Source of the DNA: Candidatus Sericytochromatia bacterium
GTDB lineage: Bacteria > Cyanobacteriota > Sericytochromatia > S15B-MN24 > VGJW01
Direction of reading: 5' to 3'
Length of the DNA stretch: 64,000 nt
Assembly (NCBI GenBank): GCA_035286125.1
Contig: JAYKIS010000013.1
Span: 5,451-69,450 of the forward strand
The translations under genes were made by a program, and so were the position numbers. Below the pieces are notes generated by a model. That model worked only from the letters and a program-made list of their open reading frames with translations. It did no database searches and was not told the origin of the DNA. The number at the start of each line of letters is the position of its first letter. Position 1 is the stretch's first letter. This document shows, piece after piece, positions 42,671-51,251 of the stretch.

Positions 42671-43111
42671 TCAGACGCGGGCGATCCGACCGCTCTCGAA
42701 GGTCCGGATCTCGATGACCACGCCGTCCTTGATGACGATTTCCGGAGCGGCCATCTTCTCGTAGAAGGCGTCGCCGACGGACACGTCGACAAAGTTCTCG
42801 ACGTTGCCCTGCACGAACTCCTGACCCAGCGAAAGCTGGCCGAAGACCTGCAGGCGCTGCAGCAACTCGGCCTTGTTGGCCGAGAGGCGCTGGCGATCCT
42901 CGTTGATCTGGGCCTCGAGCTGCGGGAGCGCTTCCGGTTGGCGCTTCTGCAACTCTTCGATGGCGCGCTTGGCCTGGAACTCGAGCTCCTGGGCCTGCTC
43001 GTCGAGCTGGCCGAGTGCCTGCTGCAGCTCGGCCATGGCCTGCTGCTTGAAGGACTCGGTCACGATCGTCTTGATGACGACCTGCCGGCGGAGATTCAGG
43101 GACTGGACCAT
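42671..43111 (-). CDS. ylqD: YlqD-family protein
   Basis: ATG 43111 follows AGGAG. 146 aa: LRRQVVIKTIVTESFKQQAMAELQQALGQLDEQAQELEFQAKRAIEEL..., then VQGNVENFVDVSVGDAFY...VIKDGVVIEI. The pattern and the position directly upstream of rimM match Bacillus ylqD. The upstream 280 codons of the track ORF are a shadow frame. Confidence 0.7.
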   Translation of the reverse strand: MVQSLNLRRQVVIKTIVTESFKQQAMAELQQALGQLDEQAQELEFQAKRAIEELQKRQPEALPQLEAQINEDRQRLSANKAELLQRLQVFGQLSLGQEFVQGNVENFVDVSVGDAFYEKMAAPEIVIKDGVVIEIRTFESGRIARV

Positions 43112-43144
43112 CTCAGGACACTCCTGACGTGAAAGGGATATCGG

Positions 43145-43173
43145 ATCATACCACGAATCCTTATGTTTGACAT
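43145..43173 (-). promoter_or_regulatory. candidate promoter of the ylqD-rimM-trmD-Roadblock operon
   Basis: The minus strand reads ATGTCA (-35, 4/6), a 17-nt spacer, then TGgTATGAT (extended -10, 5/6). About 27 nt of leader containing AGGAG lie before ATG 43111. Confidence 0.45.
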
Positions 43174-43195
43174 ATGGACGAGGGCTTTGTTCTGA
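43167..43195 (+). promoter_or_regulatory. possible comEA promoter (perfect -35 TTGACA, poor -10)
   Basis: TTGACA at 43167-43172. At 17 nt the hexamer is TTCTGA, only a 1/6 match. The geometry would give a leader carrying AAGGAGG before GTG 43227. Confidence 0.2.
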
Positions 43196-43226
43196 GCGCA
43201 GCATGGGCCATTCCAAGGAGGTTCCC

Positions 43227-43724
43227 GTGCCCGCCGTGCTTGCTTTCGTGCTGCTGACGCACATCCTCGACACGCGTGTCTCCGTCGTCCTCGAGGCCCA
43301 GGGCAAGCCCGGGCGCCTCGTGCGCATCGCACCCGGTGCGCGTGTCGCCGACCTGCTCCGCGGCCAGCGCACCTCCATACCTGCCGGCTGGCTCGTCGTG
43401 CCACCCTTGGCCACGGTCCTGGCCGATGGCATGACCGTCCGCCTGATGCGCCCCCAGCTACCCCGGCCTGCGGCACCCCCCCGACGTCCCGGGCGCCAGC
43501 GGCGCACCTCATCGCCCCCGCCTGCCTGGCCCCTTGACCTGAACCAGGCAGATGCCCGCGACCTGGACCGCCTGCCCGGGATCGGCCCCGGGCTTGCGAG
43601 GGCCATCCTCGACAGGCGGCGTGCCCGGGGGGGACGCCTTCGCGGACCGGGCGACCTCCTGGACCTGAAGGGCCTCGGTCCTCGTCGCCTCGAACGGATC
43701 GGGCCGCTTGTCTCGTACCGCTGA
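43227..43724 (+). CDS. comEA: competence protein ComEA (membrane anchor + SLBB-like + helix-hairpin-helix DNA-binding domain)
   Basis: GTG 43227 lies 5 nt after AAGGAGG and gives the N-terminal anchor (V/M)PAVLAFVLLTHIL. ATG 43203 and the track start at 43167 are alternatives. The C-terminal HhH pair reads LDLNQADARDLDRLPGIGPGLARAILDRR...LLDLKGLGPRRLERI. Confidence 0.82.
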   Translation: MPAVLAFVLLTHILDTRVSVVLEAQGKPGRLVRIAPGARVADLLRGQRTSIPAGWLVVPPLATVLADGMTVRLMRPQLPRPAAPPRRPGRQRRTSSPPPAWPLDLNQADARDLDRLPGIGPGLARAILDRRRARGGRLRGPGDLLDLKGLGPRRLERIGPLVSYR

Positions 43725-45618
43725 TGCGGAGGTCCTCCGGACGCCCCAACTGTTCGTGCTGCTCGGGTTGTGGGCGACTCTCGTCTGGCCTGCCGTCGGT
43801 GTCGTCGCAGGCCTTTTCGTCGCCACCTCGCTGCTGGTGGCGGCGACGCTCCTGCCCATGCGGCCGAGGGAGGTGGGCAAGGTCTCGTTGCTTGTCGCAC
43901 TTGGCGTCCTGATTGGGCTTCTCGTGGCTCCGCGGCCCGATCCGCCTCTCCCACCGGGCCCCTGGGCGGGTCTCGTGCGGGTTCTGGAGGAGCCCCGGTT
44001 GCTGCCTTGGGGCCAGGTCTCGCTCGAAGCTCGCCAACTCGCCCCTCCGGGGGCGCGGATCCTTCTGGTCCTTTCGTGCGACCCGGGGGCGGGCATCTGG
44101 CCCGGACGCACCCTGCGTGTCGAGGGCCGCGTGAGCGCGCAGGCTGATCGTGGTCTGCCCCGGCTGGCCTGTCGTACGTGGTCGCTGCAAGGCCTGCCCC
44201 GAGCGTTGGATCCCGATTACATCCGTGCGTGCCTCGAGGCCAGGCTGGTCCGCGCGGCGACCCGTGCCATGCCGCCGCGCGAGGCGGGCTTCATGCGAAG
44301 CCTGCTCTTCGGTGCTGGCAACCCGGCCATGGCCGAGGGCGACATGCGTCGCTTCCGGGACCTGGGGTTGAGCCACATCCTGGCCGTGAGCGGCTTCCAG
44401 GTCTCCTTGCTCGTGGGCGTACTTGCCCGATTGCTTCGTCCGCTGGCTACGGCCCCATGGCTCGCGGGCCTCTGTCTCGGATTCGGGACGTGGATCTATG
44501 CCGGCCTGTGCGGCTTTGATGCCGCCGTATCCCGGGCAGCCGCGATGGCCACGGCCATGGTGCTGGCCAGGGCCACCGGACGATGGCCGGCCCCGGCCCC
44601 GGCCCTGCTGCTGGGCGTCATCGGCCTGCTCGTGGTGTCGCCCGGTCTCGCGACCTCGCTCGGCCTCGCCTTCAGCACGCTGGCGACATGGGGCATCCTG
44701 TCGGCACCCCCGAGCCCCGGCCGGCCACTGTCGTGGTGGTGGCCCGGCCTCTGGGCGCAGGTCTGGTGCCTGCCCTTGCAGTTGGCCGTCTTCGGGGCCG
44801 TGTCCCCGTGGGGGCTGCTGGCGGGGCCATTCCTGGACCTGGGCGTCACGATGCTGACCCTCGGCGGCTTCCTGCGCTGCGTGCTGGGCATGGCGGGCCT
44901 GGACCCGTACGGCTTGACCGGCCTCGCACTGGGCTTTGCTGCCGGACTGGTCCTGCGGGTCCTCCAGCCCTTGTCCCAGTTGCCGGGTGCCCCTTGGGTA
45001 CTGCCCCTCGCCTCGGGGCCGGGCTGCGCGATCGTGCTGGGCGGACTGATGGGGGCTGCCGTCACCGGCCGCTTGCGGGCATGCGCCCTGCCGCTGGTGC
45101 TCTCGTTACCGTTGCTCGCCGCTTTGGCCCGTCCTACCGCGGCGCCTGTCGTGTTGCCGACAGTCTTGGCATCGCCCGGCAGCGGCACGGCCTGGCTCCT
45201 GCCGGGTGCCGCTGCCGAGCCCGTACTCTGGCTGTTGCCCCGCAGCCCGCGCGTTTCGGCTGGTCTCAGGCGCGCGGCCGTGCAGGCCTTGCAGGTACGA
45301 GGCTTGCGCGGTGTCTCCGTCGTGGTCCTGGGACGTCAGGTCCACCCGGGGCCGTGGCCTCTCCATCGCCTGCTCCGTCATGGCTCGGTTGGCCTCGGCA
45401 GCAAGGGACGGTTGCGCCGCGGACGCCGTGGCGTCGCTTGCCTACGCTGGTCGGGGGGATGGTTGGTCGTTGCCGATCGGACGTCCCGCCAGGCCGAGGC
45501 CGAGGCTTCGGCACGCTTGCCTGAGGGCAGGCGCATGGTCTGGTGGCGGGTCACGCGGGAACAACGGGGCACGGTGCTGCTGCGTTCCACCAAGGGAGAC
45601 GTGGCCTTGTCGCCGTGA
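43708..45618 (+). CDS. comEC: DNA internalization competence protein ComEC/Rec2 (beta-lactamase-like C-terminal region degenerate)
   Basis: 636 aa with a TTG start overlapping the comEA end. The competence domain carries RDLGLSHILAVSGFQVSLL and many TM helices. The C-terminal ~160 aa align in pattern with the MBL domain but lack DVGQGD and HxHxDH. Confidence 0.85.
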   Translation: MSRTADAEVLRTPQLFVLLGLWATLVWPAVGVVAGLFVATSLLVAATLLPMRPREVGKVSLLVALGVLIGLLVAPRPDPPLPPGPWAGLVRVLEEPRLLPWGQVSLEARQLAPPGARILLVLSCDPGAGIWPGRTLRVEGRVSAQADRGLPRLACRTWSLQGLPRALDPDYIRACLEARLVRAATRAMPPREAGFMRSLLFGAGNPAMAEGDMRRFRDLGLSHILAVSGFQVSLLVGVLARLLRPLATAPWLAGLCLGFGTWIYAGLCGFDAAVSRAAAMATAMVLARATGRWPAPAPALLLGVIGLLVVSPGLATSLGLAFSTLATWGILSAPPSPGRPLSWWWPGLWAQVWCLPLQLAVFGAVSPWGLLAGPFLDLGVTMLTLGGFLRCVLGMAGLDPYGLTGLALGFAAGLVLRVLQPLSQLPGAPWVLPLASGPGCAIVLGGLMGAAVTGRLRACALPLVLSLPLLAALARPTAAPVVLPTVLASPGSGTAWLLPGAAAEPVLWLLPRSPRVSAGLRRAAVQALQVRGLRGVSVVVLGRQVHPGPWPLHRLLRHGSVGLGSKGRLRRGRRGVACLRWSGGWLVVADRTSRQAEAEASARLPEGRRMVWWRVTREQRGTVLLRSTKGDVALSP

Positions 45619-45647
45619 GCGTACGGTTGCTTGCCCGGGCCCGGGTG

Positions 45648-47333
45648 TCAGCGCCTCGGGCGCCTGCGGCCCACGTCGAAGACGCCCTCGGGGGGCAGCA
45701 GGCTCAGCGTCAGGCCGATCGCTGCCACCGGTCGCGTGCTGTCCGCCGGGGGCAGCGTGCGCCGGACGACTCCCTGGCCGTCGATGAACCATGCCTGCCC
45801 CGTGCCCATCACCTGGACCTGATCATGGTCGAGGCGCAGGCTGGACCCCGGGGAAAGCCCCAGGCCCAGAAGGCCCTCGCCCTTCAGGACCCCATGCGTC
45901 AGGCGCTCCAGCGGGGCCGCTTCGGGCATGTCGCCTTCGGCCACCATGCCACGCACGAGCCGCATGCCTTCGTCGACGCGGAGCGGTTCGCGGCCGGGCA
46001 CGCCCTGGACACACCAGTCTCCCAGGCTGCGCAGGCCCGGACCGCTGGCTGCGAGGGGCAGGCGCTCCCCGTACTGCTGGATCAGCGCACGAAGGCGACC
46101 GCCATCCTGCAGGGCGCGCTTGAGAATGCTGGCCGAGCCGTCGTCGGCAAGGAACAGCCCCGTGGCTCGCGTCAGTTCCCGGGACAGGGTCGCCTCGGTC
46201 ATCAGGTCAGCGACCAGCACGTTCACCTTGCGGGCTCCGGCGAGGAGCAGGTGCTCCTTCCAGTGCTCGGCAACGGGGGCCTCGGAGCGGCCTGCGAGCA
46301 GCAGGATGCTCGCCTGCGTGCCTCCGGCGTCGCGCACGAAACCGGCGAGGCCGGGCAAGCGGCCCGAGGTCGGGGGCATCCCCAGCAGCGTGACAGGTTG
46401 TCCCGAAGCACCAATCCTGCGGGCCTCGCGGGCGGAACCGCCAAAGCCCAGAAAGCCGCCGCCCGTCCCCGGGGCCGCGACGGCAGCCGCGAGCCCACGG
46501 GGTTCTTCGGACCACTTCAGCGACTCGCCACCGATCAGGCGATGCCAGCGAAAGGGCCCAAGCGCCGTCCAGCGTCCCTGCGCCGCGATCGGCGGATAAG
46601 CCTCGGCCGGCCGCAGCATGTGGACGGCGCCCGTGCCGTGGACCGTCAGGGCCTGACCGTCGAGACGTGCCATCGTCTGCTCGTCGATGCCGAGGCCCTG
46701 GCGGTCCGCTCCTCGCGCCAAGCCCACCACCAGGCGTCCCAGCCGGTTCTTCTGCGTGAGGTGCGTGTCTACAAGCCAGTCGGGCAACTGGTCGAGGCCG
46801 GGCTTGGTCTCGAAGGCCGCCTGGCCGTCGAGCGCCTCGGTCGAGCTGCCGCCCGCCAGCATCCGGCTGCCCCAGGCCATGGCGCCGCCGCTCGTCCCCA
46901 TCAGGACCTGCCCACGTCTCCAGGACGCGGCGAGCGCGCCTTGCAAGGGGGTCTCCGACAGGACCTCGCGCAGGCGGTTCTGATCACCACCCGTCAGGAA
47001 GACCAGGTCGGCCGCCGCCAGCGTGCGGACCAGGCCGGGTTTGGCTGCATCGCCACGCTGTCGGATGGGCAGAGTCTCGCAGACAACGCCCAGATCGCGG
47101 AAGACCTTCTCGTAGGCGAGAGCCGCCGTCTCCGGCCGCGCCGACGCCATCGGCAACAGCACGACGCGGGTCGCCGTGCCTGCAGCCTGGTTGAGGCCCT
47201 CGGCCAGCAGGGCCTCGGGGTCCGGGCCCCCGCCCAGGAAGATGGCCTTGCCGGGCAGCGGTACCGGGTCCTGAGCGAGGGCCGGACGCGCCAGCATGAG
47301 CATGCCCAGCGTGCAGGTGAGGAAGCGTCGCAT
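45648..47333 (-). CDS. secreted tandem peptidase-S51 (cyanophycinase-like) protein
   Basis: 561 aa with signal MRRFLTCTLGMLMLARPALA. Domain 1 has IFLGGG, LVFLTGGDQNRL, GTSGGAMAWG and DTHLTQKNRLGRL (cyanophycinase-type motifs). Domain 2 repeats the fold with altered motifs (LFLADDGSASIL, LAASGPGLRSLG). Confidence 0.78.
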   Translation of the reverse strand: MRRFLTCTLGMLMLARPALAQDPVPLPGKAIFLGGGPDPEALLAEGLNQAAGTATRVVLLPMASARPETAALAYEKVFRDLGVVCETLPIRQRGDAAKPGLVRTLAAADLVFLTGGDQNRLREVLSETPLQGALAASWRRGQVLMGTSGGAMAWGSRMLAGGSSTEALDGQAAFETKPGLDQLPDWLVDTHLTQKNRLGRLVVGLARGADRQGLGIDEQTMARLDGQALTVHGTGAVHMLRPAEAYPPIAAQGRWTALGPFRWHRLIGGESLKWSEEPRGLAAAVAAPGTGGGFLGFGGSAREARRIGASGQPVTLLGMPPTSGRLPGLAGFVRDAGGTQASILLLAGRSEAPVAEHWKEHLLLAGARKVNVLVADLMTEATLSRELTRATGLFLADDGSASILKRALQDGGRLRALIQQYGERLPLAASGPGLRSLGDWCVQGVPGREPLRVDEGMRLVRGMVAEGDMPEAAPLERLTHGVLKGEGLLGLGLSPGSSLRLDHDQVQVMGTGQAWFIDGQGVVRRTLPPADSTRPVAAIGLTLSLLPPEGVFDVGRRRPRR

Positions 47334-47413
47334 GGTGTCCAGAATGCCATGGCTCGTTGTCGCCCTCTGTGCGACGTGCCACCCCGGGTAGGATGATGCG
47401 GGGGGATACGCTG

Positions 47414-48898
47414 ATGAAGGAAGGCCTGATCCTGGCCATCGATCAGGGCACGACGGGCTCGACAGCCCTGTTGTTCGATCATCAGGGCCGCGAGCGGGGG
47501 CGGGGCTATCGAGAGATTACCCAGCATTATCCGCAGCCCGGCTGGGTCGAGCATGACCCCGTCGAGATCCTCGAGCGGACCCGTGAGGCCGTGGCCGATG
47601 CGCTGGCGGCCGCCGGCGGCCAGGCACCCGTCGCCGTCGGCCTGACGAACCAGCGCGAGTCCGTCGTCGTGTGGGAGCGGGCGACCGGCCAGCCGATCCA
47701 TCGCGCCATCGTCTGGCAGTGCCGCCGAACGGCCGACGCCTGCGCCAAGTTGCGCGAGGGCGGCCACGAAGAGACGATCCGCCAGGCGACAGGCTTGGTC
47801 CTCGACCCGTACTTCTCGGGGACCAAGCTCGCCTGGATCCTGGACCAGGTGCCGGGTGCCAGAGTCCGGGCAGAGGCCGGCGAACTGGCCGCGGGCACCA
47901 TTGATTCGTGGCTGATCTGGCATCTGACGGGCGGAACCGTGCATGCCACCGATCCGTCCAATGCCAGTCGCACGATGCTCTACGACCTGCACGCAGGGGA
48001 CTGGTCGGACGACCTTTGCGGTCGCTTGCGTGTCCCGAGGGCGGTCCTGCCGGGGCTCGTGCCCAGCAGCGGACCCATCGGCCGGACCGTGGCGTGGGGT
48101 GCCTTGCCCGCGGGTGTGCCGCTGACCGGGTGTGCCGGCGACCAGCAGGCGGCGCTCTTCGGGCAGGGCTGCCTCAACGTCGGGGAGGCCAAGAATACCT
48201 ACGGCACCGGGTGTTTCCTGCTCGTGCATGCCGGGGACCAACCCGTGGTGCCGGGCGAGGGCCTGCTCGGTACTGTCGCCTGGCAACTGGGTACCCGGCG
48301 TTCCTTTGCCGTGGAAGGCAGCGTGTTTGTCGGCGGAGCGGCCGTGCAGTGGCTGCGGGATGGCCTGGGCCTGATTGCCGCGGCCCACGAGAGCGAGTTG
48401 CTCGCACGCAGCGTTCCGGACAGCGGCGGCGTGGTCATGGTGCCGGCCTTCACAGGTCTGGGAGCGCCCTACTGGGATGCCGATGCCCGGGGGGCGCTGC
48501 TGGGCCTGACGCGCGGGACGACGCGGGCCCATGTGGTTCGGGCCACCCTCGAGGCCATCGCCCACCAGGTCACGGACCTGCTTGAGGCCATGGCCCCCTC
48601 GGTGCCCGGAGGCCTGGGCAACCTGCGCGTGGACGGTGGAGCTGCGGCAAATGACCTGCTGATGGAGTTGCAGGCCGACTTCAGCGGCCAGGCCATCGTG
48701 CGGGGTGACAAGGTCGAGGCGACGGCGCGTGGCGCGGCGTTGCTGGCGGGTCTGGGGTCGGGTTTCTGGGAGCATCCCGGGGAGCTGCCGCGCCCCCTCG
48801 AGGAGCAGGTCTTCCTGCCGAAGATGGCCGCGGATGACCGGACGGCCTCCCGGGCACGCTGGGGACGTGCCGTGGACCGCGTCAGGGGGCCGTTGTAG
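47414..48898 (+). CDS. glpK: glycerol kinase
   Basis: ATG 47414 (MKEGLILAIDQGTTGSTALLFD). Motifs: HYPQPGWVEHDP, GLTNQRESVVVWE, FSGTKLAWILD, GDQQAALFGQ, NTYGTGCF, RVDGGAAANDLLMQ-like. Confidence 0.96.
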   Translation: MKEGLILAIDQGTTGSTALLFDHQGRERGRGYREITQHYPQPGWVEHDPVEILERTREAVADALAAAGGQAPVAVGLTNQRESVVVWERATGQPIHRAIVWQCRRTADACAKLREGGHEETIRQATGLVLDPYFSGTKLAWILDQVPGARVRAEAGELAAGTIDSWLIWHLTGGTVHATDPSNASRTMLYDLHAGDWSDDLCGRLRVPRAVLPGLVPSSGPIGRTVAWGALPAGVPLTGCAGDQQAALFGQGCLNVGEAKNTYGTGCFLLVHAGDQPVVPGEGLLGTVAWQLGTRRSFAVEGSVFVGGAAVQWLRDGLGLIAAAHESELLARSVPDSGGVVMVPAFTGLGAPYWDADARGALLGLTRGTTRAHVVRATLEAIAHQVTDLLEAMAPSVPGGLGNLRVDGGAAANDLLMELQADFSGQAIVRGDKVEATARGAALLAGLGSGFWEHPGELPRPLEEQVFLPKMAADDRTASRARWGRAVDRVRGPL

Positions 48899-48901
48899 GC
48901 C

Positions 48902-50263
48902 TCAGGCCCAGACCCTGCCGCCCTGGGGATTCAAGGCGCGTGCGACGATCTGGCACAGGTCCGAAACGACAGCCTGCACCAGGGCCTCGTCCCGGCCTTC
49001 GGCCATGACCCGGATCAGCGGTTCGGTGCCGCTGGCCCGCACCAGCAGGCGGCCCTGCCCGTGCAGGCGCTCCTCGGCGGCGCGAATCGCTTCCCGGATG
49101 TCCGGATGGGTTTCCCAGCCCTTGACCGAAGGCACCCGGACGTTGCGCAGCAACTGCGGGTGGATGGTCAGCAGGCCGCGCGCCGCACTGGCCGGTCCGT
49201 CCAGGGCGGAAAGCGCCTCGAGCAGGCGCAGGGCCGTAATCAAGCCGTCGCCTGTCGTGTTGGCCGACAGATCGATGATGTGCCCGCTTTGCTCGCCACC
49301 CAACCCGAGGCCCCGGGCGCGCATCTCCTCGAGCACGTAGCGGTCCCCGACCTTGGCCCGGACCAGTTCGCCTCCGAGCGCGCCCACGGCCTCCTCCAGA
49401 CCCAGGTTGCTCATGACCGTGGCCACCAGATCCGCTCGATCCCAGCGGCCTGAGGCCAGGCCCTGCCGCAGGCAGAGCAGCATGAGCAGGTCGCCGTCGA
49501 GCGGGGCGCCATCCTCGGCCACCGCCAGGCAACGGTCGGCATCGCCGTCGAAGGCCAGGCCCAGACGGGCACCATGCCTTACCACCGCTTCGGTCAGCGG
49601 ACCGAGGTGCGTCGAGCCGCAGCCCGCGTTGATATTGTCGCCGTCAGGGGTGTCCCCCAGCGTGATGACCGTGGCTCCCAGCCGCTGCAGGACACGCTGG
49701 GCCAGACCTGAAGCCGCACCATTCGCCGTATCCGCAACCACGGTCCAGCCCGCGAGGCCGGCAGGCAGTAGACTTGCCAGGTGGTCCTCATAGGCCCCGA
49801 TGGCGCGGGTATCGTGGGTGACGGTGCCGATAGCCGCCCCGGTCGCACCGGCCAGTTCGTGGGCCCGGTCAATCAGGTCCTCGATGGCGGCTTCGGTCGC
49901 GTCCGGCAGCTTGAAGCCGTCGCCCGAGAAGATCTTGAGCCCGTTGTCGGGTGCCGCGTTGTGGCTGGCCGAGATCATCACGGCCGCAGCGGCGCCTTCC
50001 CGGCGTGCCAGCCAGGCTACTGCAGGCGTGGGCAGGACGCCCAGCAAGCGGACGTCCGCGCCACCGGCCGTGAGGCCTGCCGCAAGGGCCGCCTCGAGCA
50101 TGGGGCCCGACCGCCGGGTGTCCCGGCCGACCATCACGAAGGGGCGCGTGTCGCCTTCGGTCAGGCGCTGGGCCAGCGCCCGGCCCAGCCTCAACGCCAG
50201 GTCCGCCGTCAGGTCGCGACCGGCAAGGCCGCGGATTCCGTCGGTGCCGAAGTACCTACCCAA
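48902..50263 (-). CDS. glmM: phosphoglucosamine mutase
   Basis: Motifs: GRYFGTDGIRG, SASHNAAPDNGLKIF (catalytic Ser), AFDGDADR, GGEQSGH. TTG 50263 lies 6 nt after GGGAGG and gives the usual short N-terminus. The track ATG at 50284 would add 7 residues and a 29-nt overlap with galE. Confidence 0.93.
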   Translation of the reverse strand: MGRYFGTDGIRGLAGRDLTADLALRLGRALAQRLTEGDTRPFVMVGRDTRRSGPMLEAALAAGLTAGGADVRLLGVLPTPAVAWLARREGAAAAVMISASHNAAPDNGLKIFSGDGFKLPDATEAAIEDLIDRAHELAGATGAAIGTVTHDTRAIGAYEDHLASLLPAGLAGWTVVADTANGAASGLAQRVLQRLGATVITLGDTPDGDNINAGCGSTHLGPLTEAVVRHGARLGLAFDGDADRCLAVAEDGAPLDGDLLMLLCLRQGLASGRWDRADLVATVMSNLGLEEAVGALGGELVRAKVGDRYVLEEMRARGLGLGGEQSGHIIDLSANTTGDGLITALRLLEALSALDGPASAARGLLTIHPQLLRNVRVPSVKGWETHPDIREAIRAAEERLHGQGRLLVRASGTEPLIRVMAEGRDEALVQAVVSDLCQIVARALNPQGGRVWA

Positions 50264-51251
50264 GGACGGCCTCCCGGGCCGCATGGCCCTCGGTATGCCA
50301 ACGCCAGGCGGTGGCCACGATGTCGCGCAGGGCAGGGAACGTCGGCTTCCACCCCAGCTCGGCCTGCGCCCGGTCGGACTTGCCGATCAGGATGCCCGGG
50401 TCGCCGGGTCGCCGGGGTGCCCACGTGAAGGGAACCGTGCGTCCCGAAACCTCCTCGACGGTCCGGATGACCTCGCGGTTGCTGTAGCCCGCGCCGTTGC
50501 CCAGATTGTAGGCCGCGCTCGCCCCGCCGGCACGGAGGCGATCGAGCCCGAGCAGGTGAGCGTCGGCCAGGTCCGAGACGTGGATGTAGTCCCGGATGCA
50601 CGTACCGTCGGGGGTGTCGTAGTCGTCCCCGAAGACCTTGAGGTCACCCTTGCCGTGCGCCGCCCGGATGACGAGGGGAATAAGGTGCGTCTCGGGATCG
50701 TGAGCCTCGCCCAAGGTCCCGTCGGGATGGGCGCCGGCGGCATTGAAGTAGCGGAAGACCACCGAGCGCAGGCCATGGGCGACCTCGAAATCGGCCAGCA
50801 TGCGCTCGACCATCAGCTTGGACCAACCGTAGGGATTGATGGGCCACTGGGGGTGCTCTTCGGGGATGGGCACCTGTTGCGGCACGCCATAGGTGGCCGC
50901 TGTCGAGGAGAAGATGAAGCGGCCGACGCCGGCCCGGACCATCTCCTCGATGAGCGTGAGCGTCGCCGAGACATTGTTCCGGTAGTACCGGCCCGGGTCG
51001 CGTGTACTCTCGCTGACGACGATAAGGCCGGCGAAGTGCATGACGGCCTCGATGTCATGGTCCGCGAACAGGCGGCGCAGCAGGTCGGCATCGCCCAGGT
51101 CCCCACGGACCAGGCGTTCCCCGGGCACGGCCCATGCGTGGCCATACGAGAGGTCGTCCAGCACCAGCGGGTCGTCCCCGCGGTCGATGAGCGCCCGGAC
51201 CACATGGCTGCCGATGTACCCGGCACCACCGACGACGAGGACCCGTCCCAT
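50256..51251 (-). CDS. galE: UDP-glucose 4-epimerase
   Basis: 331 aa. Motifs: VLVVGGAGYIGSH, SSTAATYG, YGWSKLMVE (YxxxK), FRYFNAAGA, DYDTPDGTCIRDYIHVSDLA. Confidence 0.94.
   Translation of the reverse strand: MGRVLVVGGAGYIGSHVVRALIDRGDDPLVLDDLSYGHAWAVPGERLVRGDLGDADLLRRLFADHDIEAVMHFAGLIVVSESTRDPGRYYRNNVSATLTLIEEMVRAGVGRFIFSSTAATYGVPQQVPIPEEHPQWPINPYGWSKLMVERMLADFEVAHGLRSVVFRYFNAAGAHPDGTLGEAHDPETHLIPLVIRAAHGKGDLKVFGDDYDTPDGTCIRDYIHVSDLADAHLLGLDRLRAGGASAAYNLGNGAGYSNREVIRTVEEVSGRTVPFTWAPRRPGDPGILIGKSDRAQAELGWKPTFPALRDIVATAWRWHTEGHAAREAVLG

Noticed and set aside
45634-45645. Perfect 12-bp palindrome CCCGGGCCCGGG in the 29-nt convergent spacer between comEC and the S51 peptidase gene (possible bidirectional terminator).
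   Set aside because: A hairpin would have at most 4-5 bp with a 2-4 nt loop and no U-tract. Such GC palindromes are expected by chance in about 70% GC DNA.
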